The notes under the pieces are model-generated. The model worked only from the letters and a program-made list of their open reading frames with translations. It was not told the DNA's origin and ran no database searches. The position numbers and the translations under genes were made by a program. From positions 6,368,001 to 6,432,000 of the forward strand of contig OY760175.1 in assembly GCA_963663165.1 (NCBI GenBank): DNA of 64,000 bases, written 5' to 3'. This DNA is from an uncultured Desulfospira sp. Lineage in GTDB: Bacteria; Desulfobacterota; Desulfobacteria; Desulfobacterales; Desulfobacteraceae. Shown here piece by piece: positions 9,845-20,204 of the stretch (the stretch's first letter is position 1; each line of letters opens with the position of its first letter).

Positions 9845-10717
9845 TCAGAGGGACTGGGTGATTTCCTTTAAAAACCCGGACAGCCGTTTTTTGAGTTCGG
9901 GCCGTTCCAGGGCAAACGCCAGGTTGGCCATCTGGAAACCGGCCTTGTCGCCGCAGTCAAACCGTTTGCCCTTAAATTTGTACCCGAATACGGGCTGTTC
10001 GGCCAGAAGCTTTTTCATGGCATCGGTGAGCTGGATTTCGCCGCCGGCACCGGCTTCTTTTTCCCCCAGGTATTCAAAAATTTTCGGCATGAGAATATAC
10101 CGGCCGATAATGGCAAGGTTTGACGGGGCTTCTTCAGGAGACGGCTTTTCAATCATGTCTTCAATGCGGACAATCTGGTCTTCCACATCCACGGCATTGA
10201 GGATGCCGTACTTGTCGGTCTGGTCTTTGGGGACTTCCATGACCGCAGCCATGGAGGCCCTGAGTCGGTCAAATTTTCGGACCATCTCCGACAGGACCGG
10301 TTTGGGGCTCTGGATTAGGTCATCGGCCAGCAGAACGGCAAAGGGCTCATCACCGATAATATCCCTGGCGCACCAGATGGCGTGGCCAAGACCTAAGGGC
10401 TCATGCTGCCGGGTATACACAATGGTCCCGGTCCGGGGCACCAGTTCCTGGATCTGCCGGAGCAAGTCGGTTTTGCCTTTTTGCTCTAAGACATGCTCTA
10501 TTTCATAAGACCGGTCAAAGTGGTCTTCCAGGGCTTTTTTCCCCCGCCCGGTCACGAAAACAATCTGTTCTATGCCGGCATGGAAGGCCTCCTCCACGGC
10601 ATATTGGATGATGGGCTTGTCCACCACGGGAAGCATTTCTTTGGCCATGGCTTTGGTGGCCGGAATGAACCGGGTGCCAAGGCCTGCTACCGGAAATACA
10701 GCTTTTTTTACCTTCAT
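9845..10717 (-). CDS. galU: UTP-glucose-1-phosphate uridylyltransferase
   Basis: KAVFPVAGLGTRF, KEMLPVVDKP and GEIQLTDA. Confidence 0.96.
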   Translation of the reverse strand: MKVKKAVFPVAGLGTRFIPATKAMAKEMLPVVDKPIIQYAVEEAFHAGIEQIVFVTGRGKKALEDHFDRSYEIEHVLEQKGKTDLLRQIQELVPRTGTIVYTRQHEPLGLGHAIWCARDIIGDEPFAVLLADDLIQSPKPVLSEMVRKFDRLRASMAAVMEVPKDQTDKYGILNAVDVEDQIVRIEDMIEKPSPEEAPSNLAIIGRYILMPKIFEYLGEKEAGAGGEIQLTDAMKKLLAEQPVFGYKFKGKRFDCGDKAGFQMANLAFALERPELKKRLSGFLKEITQSL

Positions 10718-10889
10718 GGTTTTTCCTTATGATTTGATGTGAGCTAATATCCAATGGTTAACCGCTAACAGCTAAAAACACCGGGTATGTAAGGGTTTCT
10801 TAAATTAGAACCCGGGGTGATGTCAAATTTATTTTGGTTAAGGCCTTTTTACCGTCTTTTAAATGAAAAGATCACATAAAGCTATCCGG

Positions 10890-10918
10890 TTGACATTATT
10901 GTATTTTCTATGTATAGT
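10890..10918 (+). promoter_or_regulatory. Sigma-70-type promoter
   Basis: TTGACA-17 nt-TATAGT, about 45 bp upstream of ATG 10963. Confidence 0.75.
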
Positions 10919-10962
10919 CAGGCCCTTTGATCCGTTTTGTTATAAATAAATGAGGACAGACA

Positions 10963-11751
10963 ATGAACAGTGAAAACAACGGTGTTTCCGAAATTCCGCC
11001 CGAGCAGATGAGCCTGAACAGCCGGTTTTGCTTCCAATGCCACAAAGGTGTTAAATGTTTTACCGACTGCTGCCGGGGAATTGATATTATGCTGACCCCC
11101 TATGATATTCTGACCATGCGAAAGCGGCTGGACCTGACCTCGGAAGAGTTTCTGGCGGTGTTTACCAGACCCAGAATGCTGGAAAAAGCCGATTTGCCTG
11201 TGGTTACCCTCAAACAGCTGGATGATGAGCGAAAATCCTGTCCCTTTGTGGAAGATAAAGAAGGCTGTACCATATATGAGGACCGGCCCACCACCTGCCG
11301 GTATTATCCCCTGGGTGTCGGGTCTTTGAGTTATTCCGGCGAAAAAGGGAAAAAAGACGAGTTCTTTTTCAAGATCAAGGAGGCCCATTGCTTAGGGTTT
11401 GAAGAGGACAAGGAATGGACGGTGGCCGAGTGGCGGCAGGATCAGGGCGTAGATTTAAGGGATGAGGTCAATGAAGGGTGGCTGGACCTGATGGTCAGAA
11501 AAAAATCCCTGCCCCCCAGCATGAAGCTTTCTGAAAAGAGCAAAGAAATGTTTTTCATGGCCTGTTACAATATTGACAAGTTCAAAGACTTTATTTTTAA
11601 CAGCACATTTCTGGACCGGTATGATATCCCTGAGACCACCGTTGATGAGATAAAAGCCGACGATGTCAAGCTGATTCAGTTCGGATTTGAATGGCTCAAG
11701 GCCATGTTTTTTCAGACCGGCCAGGAGAACTTCAAGAAAAAAGAAAAATAA
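10963..11751 (+). CDS. YkgJ family cysteine-cluster protein
   Basis: FQCHKGVKCFTDCC, CPFV and CTIYEDRPTTCRYYP. Confidence 0.88.
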   Translation: MNSENNGVSEIPPEQMSLNSRFCFQCHKGVKCFTDCCRGIDIMLTPYDILTMRKRLDLTSEEFLAVFTRPRMLEKADLPVVTLKQLDDERKSCPFVEDKEGCTIYEDRPTTCRYYPLGVGSLSYSGEKGKKDEFFFKIKEAHCLGFEEDKEWTVAEWRQDQGVDLRDEVNEGWLDLMVRKKSLPPSMKLSEKSKEMFFMACYNIDKFKDFIFNSTFLDRYDIPETTVDEIKADDVKLIQFGFEWLKAMFFQTGQENFKKKEK

Positions 11752-11797
11752 AGACGGGAAACCGGAGACCGGACCTCCAGGATCGGAATCCGGTTTT

Positions 11798-11943
11798 AGT
11801 GCCTGAAGGAGAACTTGTGTTTGGACGAAAAGTTGCCCAGATGCAAGGCGTAGAAAAAATGGCAACCGGAGCAACCTTAAAGGTTGTGAGGATTGCCATT
11901 TTTTCTGGAACGCCGCAGATGGGTGACTTTTCGTTCAAACACC
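11798..11943 (-). mobile_element. 146-bp MITE-like palindromic element, copy A
   Basis: Reverse-complement homolog of 27006-27151 with the same length; inverted repeats GTGTTTGGACGAAAAG / CTTTTCGTTCAAACAC; abuts the dapA stop. Confidence 0.85.
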
Positions 11944-12977
11944 TAGTAGTTGTACCAGAGATCTTTTTGATATTCCGGATTATTCAGCCGGTCCTCAATA
12001 TCTACGCTGAAAAATTTTCCAATGGGCTCAAAAAATTCCGGTGAATCCTGGGCCACTTTTTTCAAAGCGTCTAAGACAATATTCAGCCCCTTTTCGGTCA
12101 TCCGGCCAAGGGGTTTGCGGCAGGGGCCTGAGGGCATGCCAAGGATCTGCATCATGGTTTTTAAAGGCAATGGATTTCTGGCCCGGCATTTTACCGGCCC
12201 CATGGGGCTTTGTTCTTCAGTGGTCACCACCACAAGGTCTAACAGGGGAGACAGCTTGTCCCGCAGCACCTTGGCCTCCTGATTTTTCCCTTCATTTAAT
12301 AAGGCAACCATCCGGGTCATGAATCCGGGGACCAGGTTGGACATAACGGAAATGGCACCGCAGGCCTTGATGTCCGGATCCGTCATGACTTCATACACCA
12401 GGCCGTCATCTCCGGACAGGATTTTAAATCCGTCTTTGCAAAGCTTCCGGGTCAGTTTCATGTTGGCAAGATCACCGGTGGCCTCTTTGACGGACTGGAC
12501 ATTGGGGCAGGCCTCAGCCAGCAGGGCAAGGTCCTGGGGAAGCAGCTGGGCCCCGGTCCGGCCGGGGATAATATAGGGGACAATGCTGGTGTCAGGAAAG
12601 GCTTTGGCCACCACTTCATAGTATTCTTTTCTGATTTCAAGGGAGCTTGGACCGTTATAATAAGGGTCTACCAAAAGGAGTCCGTCCACCCCTTCTTTGA
12701 CCGCGTGTTCGGTGCCGGCCAGGGCCTCCCGGGTATTGTTGGACCCGGTTCCGGCAATGCACAGGCACTTTCCCCTGGCCGCCCTGGCGGACAGGGCCAC
12801 CACAAGATCATGTTCTTTCCAGTTGAAGGACGGGCTTTCACCGGTGGTTCCTGTGGCGAGAATCCCGGTAATACCGTTTTCAATCTGAAATTCAATGAGT
12901 TTCTCAACCCCGGACTGATCCAGCTCTCCTGACGGGTTAAACGGGGTGGCTAGTGCGGTAAAACATCCTTGTTCCAT
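11943..12977 (-). CDS. dapA: 4-hydroxy-tetrahydrodipicolinate synthase
   Basis: GTTGESP, GTGSNNT, PYYN, KEATG (Schiff-base Lys) and LSGDD. Confidence 0.93.
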   Translation of the reverse strand: MEQGCFTALATPFNPSGELDQSGVEKLIEFQIENGITGILATGTTGESPSFNWKEHDLVVALSARAARGKCLCIAGTGSNNTREALAGTEHAVKEGVDGLLLVDPYYNGPSSLEIRKEYYEVVAKAFPDTSIVPYIIPGRTGAQLLPQDLALLAEACPNVQSVKEATGDLANMKLTRKLCKDGFKILSGDDGLVYEVMTDPDIKACGAISVMSNLVPGFMTRMVALLNEGKNQEAKVLRDKLSPLLDLVVVTTEEQSPMGPVKCRARNPLPLKTMMQILGMPSGPCRKPLGRMTEKGLNIVLDALKKVAQDSPEFFEPIGKFFSVDIEDRLNNPEYQKDLWYNY

Positions 12978-13023
12978 AATTTGTTGCTCCTGAAATTATG
13001 ATATCTTGAATAACGGCCACAGG

Positions 13024-13108
13024 CCGTCTTGGTTATCCAACCAAGAACCGCCCACAACAAATAATGAAAGTCTTCTCAAGATGTTAGTGAGACTTTCATA
13101 TAAAACTT
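13024..13108. repeat. Dispersed intergenic repeat of about 86 bp, copy 2
   Basis: Aligns by eye to 3323-3409; contains the hairpin ATGAAAGTC...GACTTTCAT. Confidence 0.7.
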
Positions 13109-13227
13109 TGTTGGTACCACATGTCGGCCCACTGTTCAAGATGATTTTATCACTTGACACCCAAACGCAAAAAGATAATATATAAAAATTTAACTCAAAG
13201 ATAAGATCTTAAATCAATTTCAAGGAG

Positions 13228-13920
13228 TTGCCCATGTCTGATTCACAATCACCCGCTGGCACAAACCGGGCAGACCTGCCCCATAATGCGGATGAACAGA
13301 TTGCCAAACTCAGGGCCCAGTTGACCCAGAATACGGAGTGCGGAACTACCCATTACAACTTAGCGGTTGCCCTTATGGGAAAACAAGAGTATGCCGAAGC
13401 CGAAAAAGTGCTTCATGATGCCATAGATTGCAGTCCCACCCTGGCCGAAGCCTATGTTCTTCTGGGCGGGATCTGCCTTCAAAGAAACGACCTTGAAGGC
13501 TGCTACCGGTTCAACCAGCAGGCCACAAAGGCCCGGGCAGGCTTTGCCGAAGGATACGGAAACATGGCTTTTGTCCTGCTTCAGCTGATAGACGGCAAAG
13601 ATGCCAAAGAAGATGAAGAAAAACTGGACAAGGCCATTAAACATTTAAAGAAGGCCATCATCCATAATAAAAATTTTGTTCAGGCCTATACCACCTTAGG
13701 GACGGCTTATTTCATGAAGGGGCTGATCCAGGAAGGCATTGAGGCCAATCTTGAGGCCGTCAAGATCCAGCCCGAATTCCCCATTGCCCACAACAACCTG
13801 GCCGTTGCCTACCTGGAACTCAAAGATTATGAAACCGCGATTAAATACTGTGATAAAGCGGTCCGGCTCGGCTATGAAGTGAGCCCGAAATTATTAAAAG
13901 AGCTTGATCCCCACCGGTGA
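13228..13920 (+). CDS. Tetratricopeptide repeat protein
   Basis: Repeated TPR signatures (HYNLAVAL, AYVLLGGI, AYTTLGTAY, AHNNLAVAY); AGGAG RBS. Confidence 0.88.
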   Translation: MPMSDSQSPAGTNRADLPHNADEQIAKLRAQLTQNTECGTTHYNLAVALMGKQEYAEAEKVLHDAIDCSPTLAEAYVLLGGICLQRNDLEGCYRFNQQATKARAGFAEGYGNMAFVLLQLIDGKDAKEDEEKLDKAIKHLKKAIIHNKNFVQAYTTLGTAYFMKGLIQEGIEANLEAVKIQPEFPIAHNNLAVAYLELKDYETAIKYCDKAVRLGYEVSPKLLKELDPHR

Positions 13921-13976
13921 TCCCAGGGGGGTTTTAAGGGAATGCCGTTCAATTGTCAGCCTCTTCAGGATTTTTA

Positions 13977-14005
13977 TTGACATGTGGGTTAAGAAATTCT
14001 ATATC
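13977..14005 (+). promoter_or_regulatory. Candidate sigma-70 promoter of the dsr operon
   Basis: TTGACA-17 nt-TATATC, about 145 bp upstream of dsrA. Confidence 0.5.
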
Positions 14006-14149
14006 TGCAATGTTATTTTGCTAAAGCTATTCCTTGGAAGATAGGCAAAAAACTTCTAAGTATTTGGAATGACAATAAACTATTGAATGAAAAGTTTGGA
14101 AAATCTTTTCATTGTTGACTGTAATTTAACTTTTAACGGAGGTAAGTAA

Positions 14150-15475
14150 ATGGCTAAGCATGAAACTCCTTTCCTGGATCAGTTGGAATCCGGCCCTTGG
14201 CCTAGCTTTGTTTCTGACCTGAAACAGCAGGCAGAAGTCAGGGCTAAGAACGAAAAAGGCGTTGAATTCCAGATTCCCCAGGATTGTGTAGATGATCTTC
14301 TGGGTGTTGTGGAACTTTCTTACAAACATGGACGGACCCACTGGAAACATGGTGGCATCGTTGGTGTATTCGGCTACGGCGGCGGCGTTATCGGCCGTTA
14401 CTGCGACCAGCCCAAACTGTTCCCCGGTGTTGAACATTTTCACACCATGCGCGTGAACCAGCCCTGCGGTAAGTACTATTCAACCGAATACCTCAGAAAA
14501 GTCACCGACCTGTGGGATTTCAGGGGCTCCGGCGTAACCAATATGCACGGCGCCACCGGCGATATTATTCTCCTTGGCACCACCACTCCCCAGCTCGAAG
14601 AAGTGTTCTGGACACTCACCCATGATTTCGGCCAGGACCTTGGCGGTTCCGGCTCCAACCTGAGAACCCCGGCTGACTGCCTTGGCCAGTCCAGGTGTGA
14701 ATATGCCTGCTACGACACCAGCGCACTTTGCCATTTCCTGACCAACGAATACCAGGACGAGCTGCACCGTCCGGCATTCCCCTACAAGTTTAAGTTTAAA
14801 TTTGACGGCTGCCCCAACTGCTGCGTCGCCTCTATTGCCCGGTCCGACATGTCCTTTATCGGCACCTGGAAAGACGACATCCGCATTGATCAGGACGCCG
14901 TAAACAAATACGTTGAAAACGATGCCGCCTATCCGGCCAATGCCGGCGCCCACAAGGGCAAAGACTGGGGCCCCTTTGACATTGAAAAAGAAGTTCTGGC
15001 CCTGTGCCCCACCGGCTGCATGAAGTTTGAAAATAAAAAACTGACCATTGATAACGCCAACTGTACCCGCTGCATGCACTGCATCAACGTCATGCCCAGG
15101 GCATTGAAAGTCGGCAAGGAAACCGGTCTGTCCATCCTGTGCGGTGCCAAGGCCCCGATCCTTGACGGTGCCCAGATGGGTTCTTTGCTGGTTCCCTTTG
15201 TTGAAGTCAACGCTGACAACGATTACGAAGAAATCACAGAAATCATTGAGAATATCTGGGATTGGTGGATGGAAGAAGGTAAAAACCGTGAACGTCTTGG
15301 CGAGCTGATCATGCGCCAGGGTTTCCAGAAACTTCTGGAAGTGACCGGTATTGAAGCCATGCCTCAGCATGTTGCCTACCCGAGAACCAACCCGTACATC
15401 TTCTGGAAAGAAGATGAAGTAACCGGCGGCTGGGAACGTGACGTGGAAGAATACAGAAAACACCATCTTAGATAA
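14150..15475 (+). CDS. dsrA: Dissimilatory sulfite reductase alpha subunit
   Basis: MAKHETPFLDQLESGPWPSFV, THWKHGG, siroheme/Fe-S motifs (C-X5-C; GCPNCC) and ferredoxin domain. Confidence 0.99.
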   Translation: MAKHETPFLDQLESGPWPSFVSDLKQQAEVRAKNEKGVEFQIPQDCVDDLLGVVELSYKHGRTHWKHGGIVGVFGYGGGVIGRYCDQPKLFPGVEHFHTMRVNQPCGKYYSTEYLRKVTDLWDFRGSGVTNMHGATGDIILLGTTTPQLEEVFWTLTHDFGQDLGGSGSNLRTPADCLGQSRCEYACYDTSALCHFLTNEYQDELHRPAFPYKFKFKFDGCPNCCVASIARSDMSFIGTWKDDIRIDQDAVNKYVENDAAYPANAGAHKGKDWGPFDIEKEVLALCPTGCMKFENKKLTIDNANCTRCMHCINVMPRALKVGKETGLSILCGAKAPILDGAQMGSLLVPFVEVNADNDYEEITEIIENIWDWWMEEGKNRERLGELIMRQGFQKLLEVTGIEAMPQHVAYPRTNPYIFWKEDEVTGGWERDVEEYRKHHLR

Positions 15476-15490
15476 AAGGGGAGAACTACA

Positions 15491-16639
15491 ATGGCATTTA
15501 TTTCTACAGGGTATGATCCCAAAAATCCGATGGCAAACAGAATCACCGACATCGGTCCTAAAGACTACAATGAATTTTATCCGCCTGTTATTGCCAAAAA
15601 TAAAGGCAAATGGTCTCATCATGAAATCCTGGAACCCGGCGTACTGGTTCATGTCGGCGAGTCCGGAGATGAAGTATATACCGTAAGGGTTGGCGGCTGC
15701 CGTCTCATGTCCACCACCCATATCAACGAAATCTGCGATATTGCCGACAAACATTGCGGCGGTTACGTCCGGTTCACCACCCGTAACAATATCGAATTCA
15801 TGGTTGACTCCAAAGATAAGGTAGAGCCCCTGAAAAACGATCTGGCTTCCAGAAAGTTCCCCGGCGGTTCCAATAAGTTCCCCATCGGCGGCACCGGTGC
15901 CGGCGTTACCAACATCGTTCACACCCAGGGCTGGATCCACTGCCATACCCCGGCGACCGACGCTTCCGGTACGGTTAAGGCCACCATGGACGCCCTGTTC
16001 GACGATTTCCAGCAGATGAGACTGCCGGCTCAGCTTCGGGTCTCCATGGCCTGCTGTCTGAACATGTGCGGTGCGGTACACTGCTCTGATATCGCCATCC
16101 TGGGATATCACAGAAAACCGCCAATGCTGGACCATGAATATCTGGACAAGGTTTGTGAAATCCCCCTGGCCGTTGCTGCCTGCCCCACCGCAGCCATCAA
16201 ACCGGCCAAGGTACAGCTGGAAGGCGGCAAAGAAGTTAAATCCGTAGAGGTTAAGAACGAACGGTGCATGTACTGCGGCAACTGCTACACCATGTGCCCG
16301 TCCATGCCTCTGGCTGACACCGAAGGTGACGGTATCGTTCTCATGGCCGGTGGCAAGGTCTCCAACCGGATTTCCGTACCCAAGTTCTCCAAGGTTGTTG
16401 TGGCCTTCCTGCCCAACGAAATGCCCCGCTGGCCCTCCATGACCGCCACCATCAAGAGAATGGTTGATGCTTATGCAGCCGGTGCCAACAAATACGAACG
16501 TCTGGGCGACTGGGCAGAGAGAATCGGATGGGAAAAGTTCTTTGAAGCATGCGAACTTGACTTCACCCATCACCTGATTGACGATTTCCGTCAGCAGGCA
16601 TACATGAGCTGGCGTCAGTCCACTCAGTTCAAATTCTAA
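15491..16639 (+). CDS. dsrB: Dissimilatory sulfite reductase beta subunit
   Basis: [26 protein letters not shown] and [11 protein letters not shown]. Confidence 0.99.
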   Translation: MAFISTGYDPKNPMANRITDIGPKDYNEFYPPVIAKNKGKWSHHEILEPGVLVHVGESGDEVYTVRVGGCRLMSTTHINEICDIADKHCGGYVRFTTRNNIEFMVDSKDKVEPLKNDLASRKFPGGSNKFPIGGTGAGVTNIVHTQGWIHCHTPATDASGTVKATMDALFDDFQQMRLPAQLRVSMACCLNMCGAVHCSDIAILGYHRKPPMLDHEYLDKVCEIPLAVAACPTAAIKPAKVQLEGGKEVKSVEVKNERCMYCGNCYTMCPSMPLADTEGDGIVLMAGGKVSNRISVPKFSKVVVAFLPNEMPRWPSMTATIKRMVDAYAAGANKYERLGDWAERIGWEKFFEACELDFTHHLIDDFRQQAYMSWRQSTQFKF

Positions 16640-16684
16640 TCAGCGATTAGTCTGTTGAACAATAGCTGTTAATATTTAGGATAG

Positions 16685-16709
16685 GCCGAAGAGCATCATG
16701 CTCTTCGGC
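16685..16709 (+). other. Intergenic stem-loop between dsrB and dsrD
   Basis: GCCGAAGAGCA-TCA-TGCTCTTCGGC perfect 11-bp stem with no U tract. Confidence 0.6.
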
Positions 16710-16739
16710 TCATCCGTTTCAAAGCAAAGGAGCTAGACG

Positions 16740-16997
16740 ATGAGCGATCTTCTCAATGATAAAGCAGCGGCCGAAAAATTAGTTATTGACTGGCTGACCA
16801 AAAAAGCCGGCAGCAAAACCAAATTTTATATTAAAGATTTTTATAAACTTTTTCCCGATGATAAACCCCGGGAAATCAAAAAAGTAATTAACAAAATGGT
16901 CACAGACGAAATTCTTGAGTTCTGGTCATCCGGATCAACCACCATGTACGGCCTTAAAGGTGCCGGCATTCAGCACTCCTCCGAGGGTGAAGAGTAA
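16740..16997 (+). CDS. dsrD: DsrD protein
   Basis: KTKFYIKDF and EFWSSGSTTMYGLKG; directly follows dsrB. Confidence 0.97.
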   Translation: MSDLLNDKAAAEKLVIDWLTKKAGSKTKFYIKDFYKLFPDDKPREIKKVINKMVTDEILEFWSSGSTTMYGLKGAGIQHSSEGEE

Positions 16998-17014
16998 GAT
17001 AAAATTTTAAATTC

Positions 17015-18436
17015 ATGCAGTGCAGTGGGAAAAAAATCCCGGGAGTTGTTGTTGCAGGACTCAGGGGCGGTTCAGGCAAGACAATTATATCCTTAGGGAT
17101 AACTGCCGCATGGAAAGAGTCAGGTAAGCGGGTCTCTGCTTTTAAAAAGGGGCCTGATTACATCGACGCCGGCTGGCTGTCCAACGCAGCCGGCAGCCCC
17201 TGCTACAATCTGGACACCTACTTGTGCGCCGCAGACACGGTGCAGTCTTCCTACTATACCCACTCAAAAAATTCAGATATCGCCGTTGTTGAAGGCAACA
17301 GGGGCCTTTATGACGGCATAGACACGGACGGCTCCACGTCTACGTCAGAACTTGCTAAATTGCTGGATCTGCCGGTTCTGCTGGTATTAGACTGTACCAA
17401 AAGCACCCGGACCATGGCCGCCCTGGTCATGGGGTGCCTTCATTTTGATCCCCATACCCGGATCTGTGGTGTGATTTTAAACCGGGTGGCCGGCAAACGG
17501 CATGAGGGAAAGGTCCGGGCCAATATTGAGCGGTTCTGCAATGTTCCCGTATTCGGGGCCATTCCCAAGCTCAAAAAAGGTGACTTTCCCGAACGGCATA
17601 TGGGGCTGGTCCCTTCCCAGGAACATGAATACTCGGATCAGGCCATCCAAGCTGCCCTCAAAATTGCTAGAGATAATATCGATCTTTCCGGCCTTTACCA
17701 GGTGGTTTCCACATGGCCTGAAGCCCAGGGGAATCCTTCTTTGGCCAGCCTGTCATCGGGCAGTTCCGTAAAAGAAAACGACCCGGTGACCATCGGCGTT
17801 ATCCGGGATTCCGCTTTTCAATTTTATTATCCGGACAACCTTGAAGCCCTTGAGAACCTTGGGGCGAACATTGTCTTTATCAGTCCCTTAAAACAGCAGA
17901 CCATCCCGCCGGTCCATGCCATCTATATGGGCGGGGGATTTCCCGAGACCCATGCCCCCCAGCTGGCTGAAAATTCCGCCTTCAGAGACCGTCTCAAACA
18001 ACTTTCCAGGGAAGGGCTGCCCATATATGCCGAATGCGGGGGATTGATTTTTCTGGGCAACAGCATAATGCTGGATCAGACCGAATATCCCATGGCCGGC
18101 ATCCTGCCCATCAATTTCGGCCTTTCCGTAAGACCCCAGGGACATGGATATACCCAGGCGCTTGTGGCCAAAGAGAATCCCTTTTATCAAAAAGGGGAAA
18201 CCCTGCGCGGCCATGAATTCCGGTATTCAAAAATTCTTTCCATTGATTATGAGCCCCATGAGATGGCCTTTGAAATGGAGCGGGGGAAAGGCATCCTGGA
18301 AAAAAAGGACGGGTTCTTTAAGGACAACACCTTTGGAACCTATACCCATATTCATGCCTTAGGAACCCCTTCCTGGGCACCGTCCCTGGTGGCCAAAGCC
18401 AGGGCTTATAAAAATTCGCTAAAGGTGACACCGTGA
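17015..18436 (+). CDS. dsrN: Cobyrinate a,c-diamide synthase family protein (probable siroheme amidase DsrN)
   Basis: GSGKT, KKGPDYID, GGGFPE, YAECGG and GHEFRYS; located in the dsr operon. Confidence 0.88.
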   Translation: MQCSGKKIPGVVVAGLRGGSGKTIISLGITAAWKESGKRVSAFKKGPDYIDAGWLSNAAGSPCYNLDTYLCAADTVQSSYYTHSKNSDIAVVEGNRGLYDGIDTDGSTSTSELAKLLDLPVLLVLDCTKSTRTMAALVMGCLHFDPHTRICGVILNRVAGKRHEGKVRANIERFCNVPVFGAIPKLKKGDFPERHMGLVPSQEHEYSDQAIQAALKIARDNIDLSGLYQVVSTWPEAQGNPSLASLSSGSSVKENDPVTIGVIRDSAFQFYYPDNLEALENLGANIVFISPLKQQTIPPVHAIYMGGGFPETHAPQLAENSAFRDRLKQLSREGLPIYAECGGLIFLGNSIMLDQTEYPMAGILPINFGLSVRPQGHGYTQALVAKENPFYQKGETLRGHEFRYSKILSIDYEPHEMAFEMERGKGILEKKDGFFKDNTFGTYTHIHALGTPSWAPSLVAKARAYKNSLKVTP

Positions 18437-19284
18437 AAGTAATCAGCCATGTAAATGAAATGACGTCCTGTTCGGAAGGATTGCGGATGGCGGGCAAGAC
18501 CCTCGTGTTTGTCCCGACCATGGGATTTCTCCACAAAGGGCATTTAACCCTGATGGAGGAGGGGCTCAAGCACGGGGATGAACTGATTGTCAGTATCTTT
18601 GTCAACCCGGCCCAGTTCGGCCCCAATGAGGATCTGGATACCTATCCCCGGGCCCTGGAAAGGGACCTTGAGCTGTGCAGGGAAACCGGGGCATCCGTGG
18701 TGTTTACCCCAAAGGCCGAAGACATTTATCCGGACGGCTTTCAGACCTATGTCGAACTTAACGCCTTGCCCCTGCATTTGTGCGGCCTGTCCCGGCCGGT
18801 GTTTTTCAAGGGCGTGGCCACGGTGGTGACCAAATTGTTCAACATGGTCCGACCCCACAAGGCGGTTTTTGGCCAGAAAGATTTTCAGCAGCTGACCATT
18901 ATCCGGCAGATGGTCAGGGACTTGAACTTTAATCTTGATATCATCGGGGTTCCCATCGTCCGGGAGTCTGACGGCCTGGCCATGAGTTCGAGAAATAAAT
19001 ACTTGAGTGACACCGAGCGGCCCCATGCCCTGCTGTTGTCACAAGCCTTGCTCAAGTCAAAAGAGATGGTGAAAAACGGAGAAAAAAGCCCGGCTGTAAT
19101 CCTTAACTCAGCCCGGCAGCTGTTAGCTTCCTGTCCTGAAATTCAAATTGATTATGTAACCATCTGCGATACCGGCACCCTGGACGATCTCAACGATACC
19201 GATAAAATCGACCGGCCCGTTCTCATGGCCGTTGCCGTTACCTTAGGCAAGACCCGGCTTATCGATAATATGATTTTAGGTTAG
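18433..19284 (+). CDS. panC: Pantoate--beta-alanine ligase
   Basis: PTMGFLHKGH, FGQKDFQQ, GLAMSSRN and TRLIDN. Confidence 0.97.
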   Translation: MKVISHVNEMTSCSEGLRMAGKTLVFVPTMGFLHKGHLTLMEEGLKHGDELIVSIFVNPAQFGPNEDLDTYPRALERDLELCRETGASVVFTPKAEDIYPDGFQTYVELNALPLHLCGLSRPVFFKGVATVVTKLFNMVRPHKAVFGQKDFQQLTIIRQMVRDLNFNLDIIGVPIVRESDGLAMSSRNKYLSDTERPHALLLSQALLKSKEMVKNGEKSPAVILNSARQLLASCPEIQIDYVTICDTGTLDDLNDTDKIDRPVLMAVAVTLGKTRLIDNMILG

Positions 19285-19302
19285 GGGATTGGGCTGAAGC
19301 AG

Positions 19303-19421
19303 GTAGGGTGGGCACGGCTGTTTGTGCCCACCGGTTTTCCGCAAGCCCGTTTAATTTATCGTTCAGAAACATCATGTTATACAGTCAATGGTGGGCAACG
19401 CTGCGCTTTTGCCCACCCTAC
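19303..19421. repeat. REP-like inverted doublet (GTAG family)
   Basis: GTAGGGTGGGCAC..GTGCCCACC ... GGTGGGCAA..TTGCCCACCCTAC. Confidence 0.8.
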
Positions 19422-19443
19422 CGAACTTGGATACTTATAAATT

Positions 19444-19489
19444 AAAAAGGGGTTGTTCCCCGTGACCGGGAAACAACCCCTTTAAAAAA
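19444..19489 (-). terminator. Rho-independent terminator between convergent genes, possibly bidirectional
   Basis: AAAAAGGGGTTGTT...AACAACCCCTTT hairpin with flanking A/T tracts. Confidence 0.75.
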
Positions 19490-19512
19490 CGCTATATTAA
19501 ATTAAACGCCGG

Positions 19513-19974
19513 TTATTTGCCTTTTTTATGGCATTTGCCGCAGGAAGTGGGCGCAGGGCCTTTATTCCCTTTGGGGTCGCCGGCTTTTATGTTGACTTCT
19601 TTGTGACATCCCACGCAGTTGGCGTGCATGGCGTTTTCATGAACCATGATGTCTTTTTTGTTGTTTTTGTCTTTTACAAATTTGTTGTGGCATTCACTGC
19701 ACTTCTGGACCGAATCACCCATTTTGAGGTCTTTTAAAGGTTTGTGGTCTTTGTCGTGATGGCAGTCCCCACAGTTGATTTTGTAGTCTTCTGCGTGCTT
19801 TTTGTGGGTGAATTCCACCAGCTCAAACTTGGGCGGGCATTTTTTGCGTTTGTCATAGCCCTTGGTTTCCATTTTGAAGGTGTCCTTGATTTCAGTGCCT
19901 GCCTGGAGCCCGGTCGCAGCAAAAATCACAGCAATCCCTGCGGCCAGAAAGAGTGTGACCAGTCTTTTGTTCAT
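19513..19974 (-). CDS. Tetraheme cytochrome c3
   Basis: Signal peptide; four CxxCH motifs (CGDCH, CSECH, CVGCH, CGKCH); FTHKKH distal His motif. Confidence 0.93.
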   Translation of the reverse strand: MNKRLVTLFLAAGIAVIFAATGLQAGTEIKDTFKMETKGYDKRKKCPPKFELVEFTHKKHAEDYKINCGDCHHDKDHKPLKDLKMGDSVQKCSECHNKFVKDKNNKKDIMVHENAMHANCVGCHKEVNIKAGDPKGNKGPAPTSCGKCHKKGK

Positions 19975-20204
19975 GTTAGTTTACTCCTTTACAATTAACA
20001 ATATTTTGCCGTTTTCCGGTCCCATTTCAAGGGTCCGGTTATTCCTTAATTTTACTTTGTTTGCCTTTTTTACATATTCGGATGGGTTAAGTCAATAAAT
20101 AAAAAACGGAGACCGGAATAAGGGAGACCGAAAGACCTGATATTGCGAGTTCCTGAGTGCTTCGCATCCCGTCACCGGTCTTAGGCTTGGCGGTCATACC
20201 CCGG

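Noticed and set aside
14480..16573. 697-aa minus-strand ORF
   Set aside because: Antisense shadow of dsrAB caused by codon bias; no recognisable motifs.
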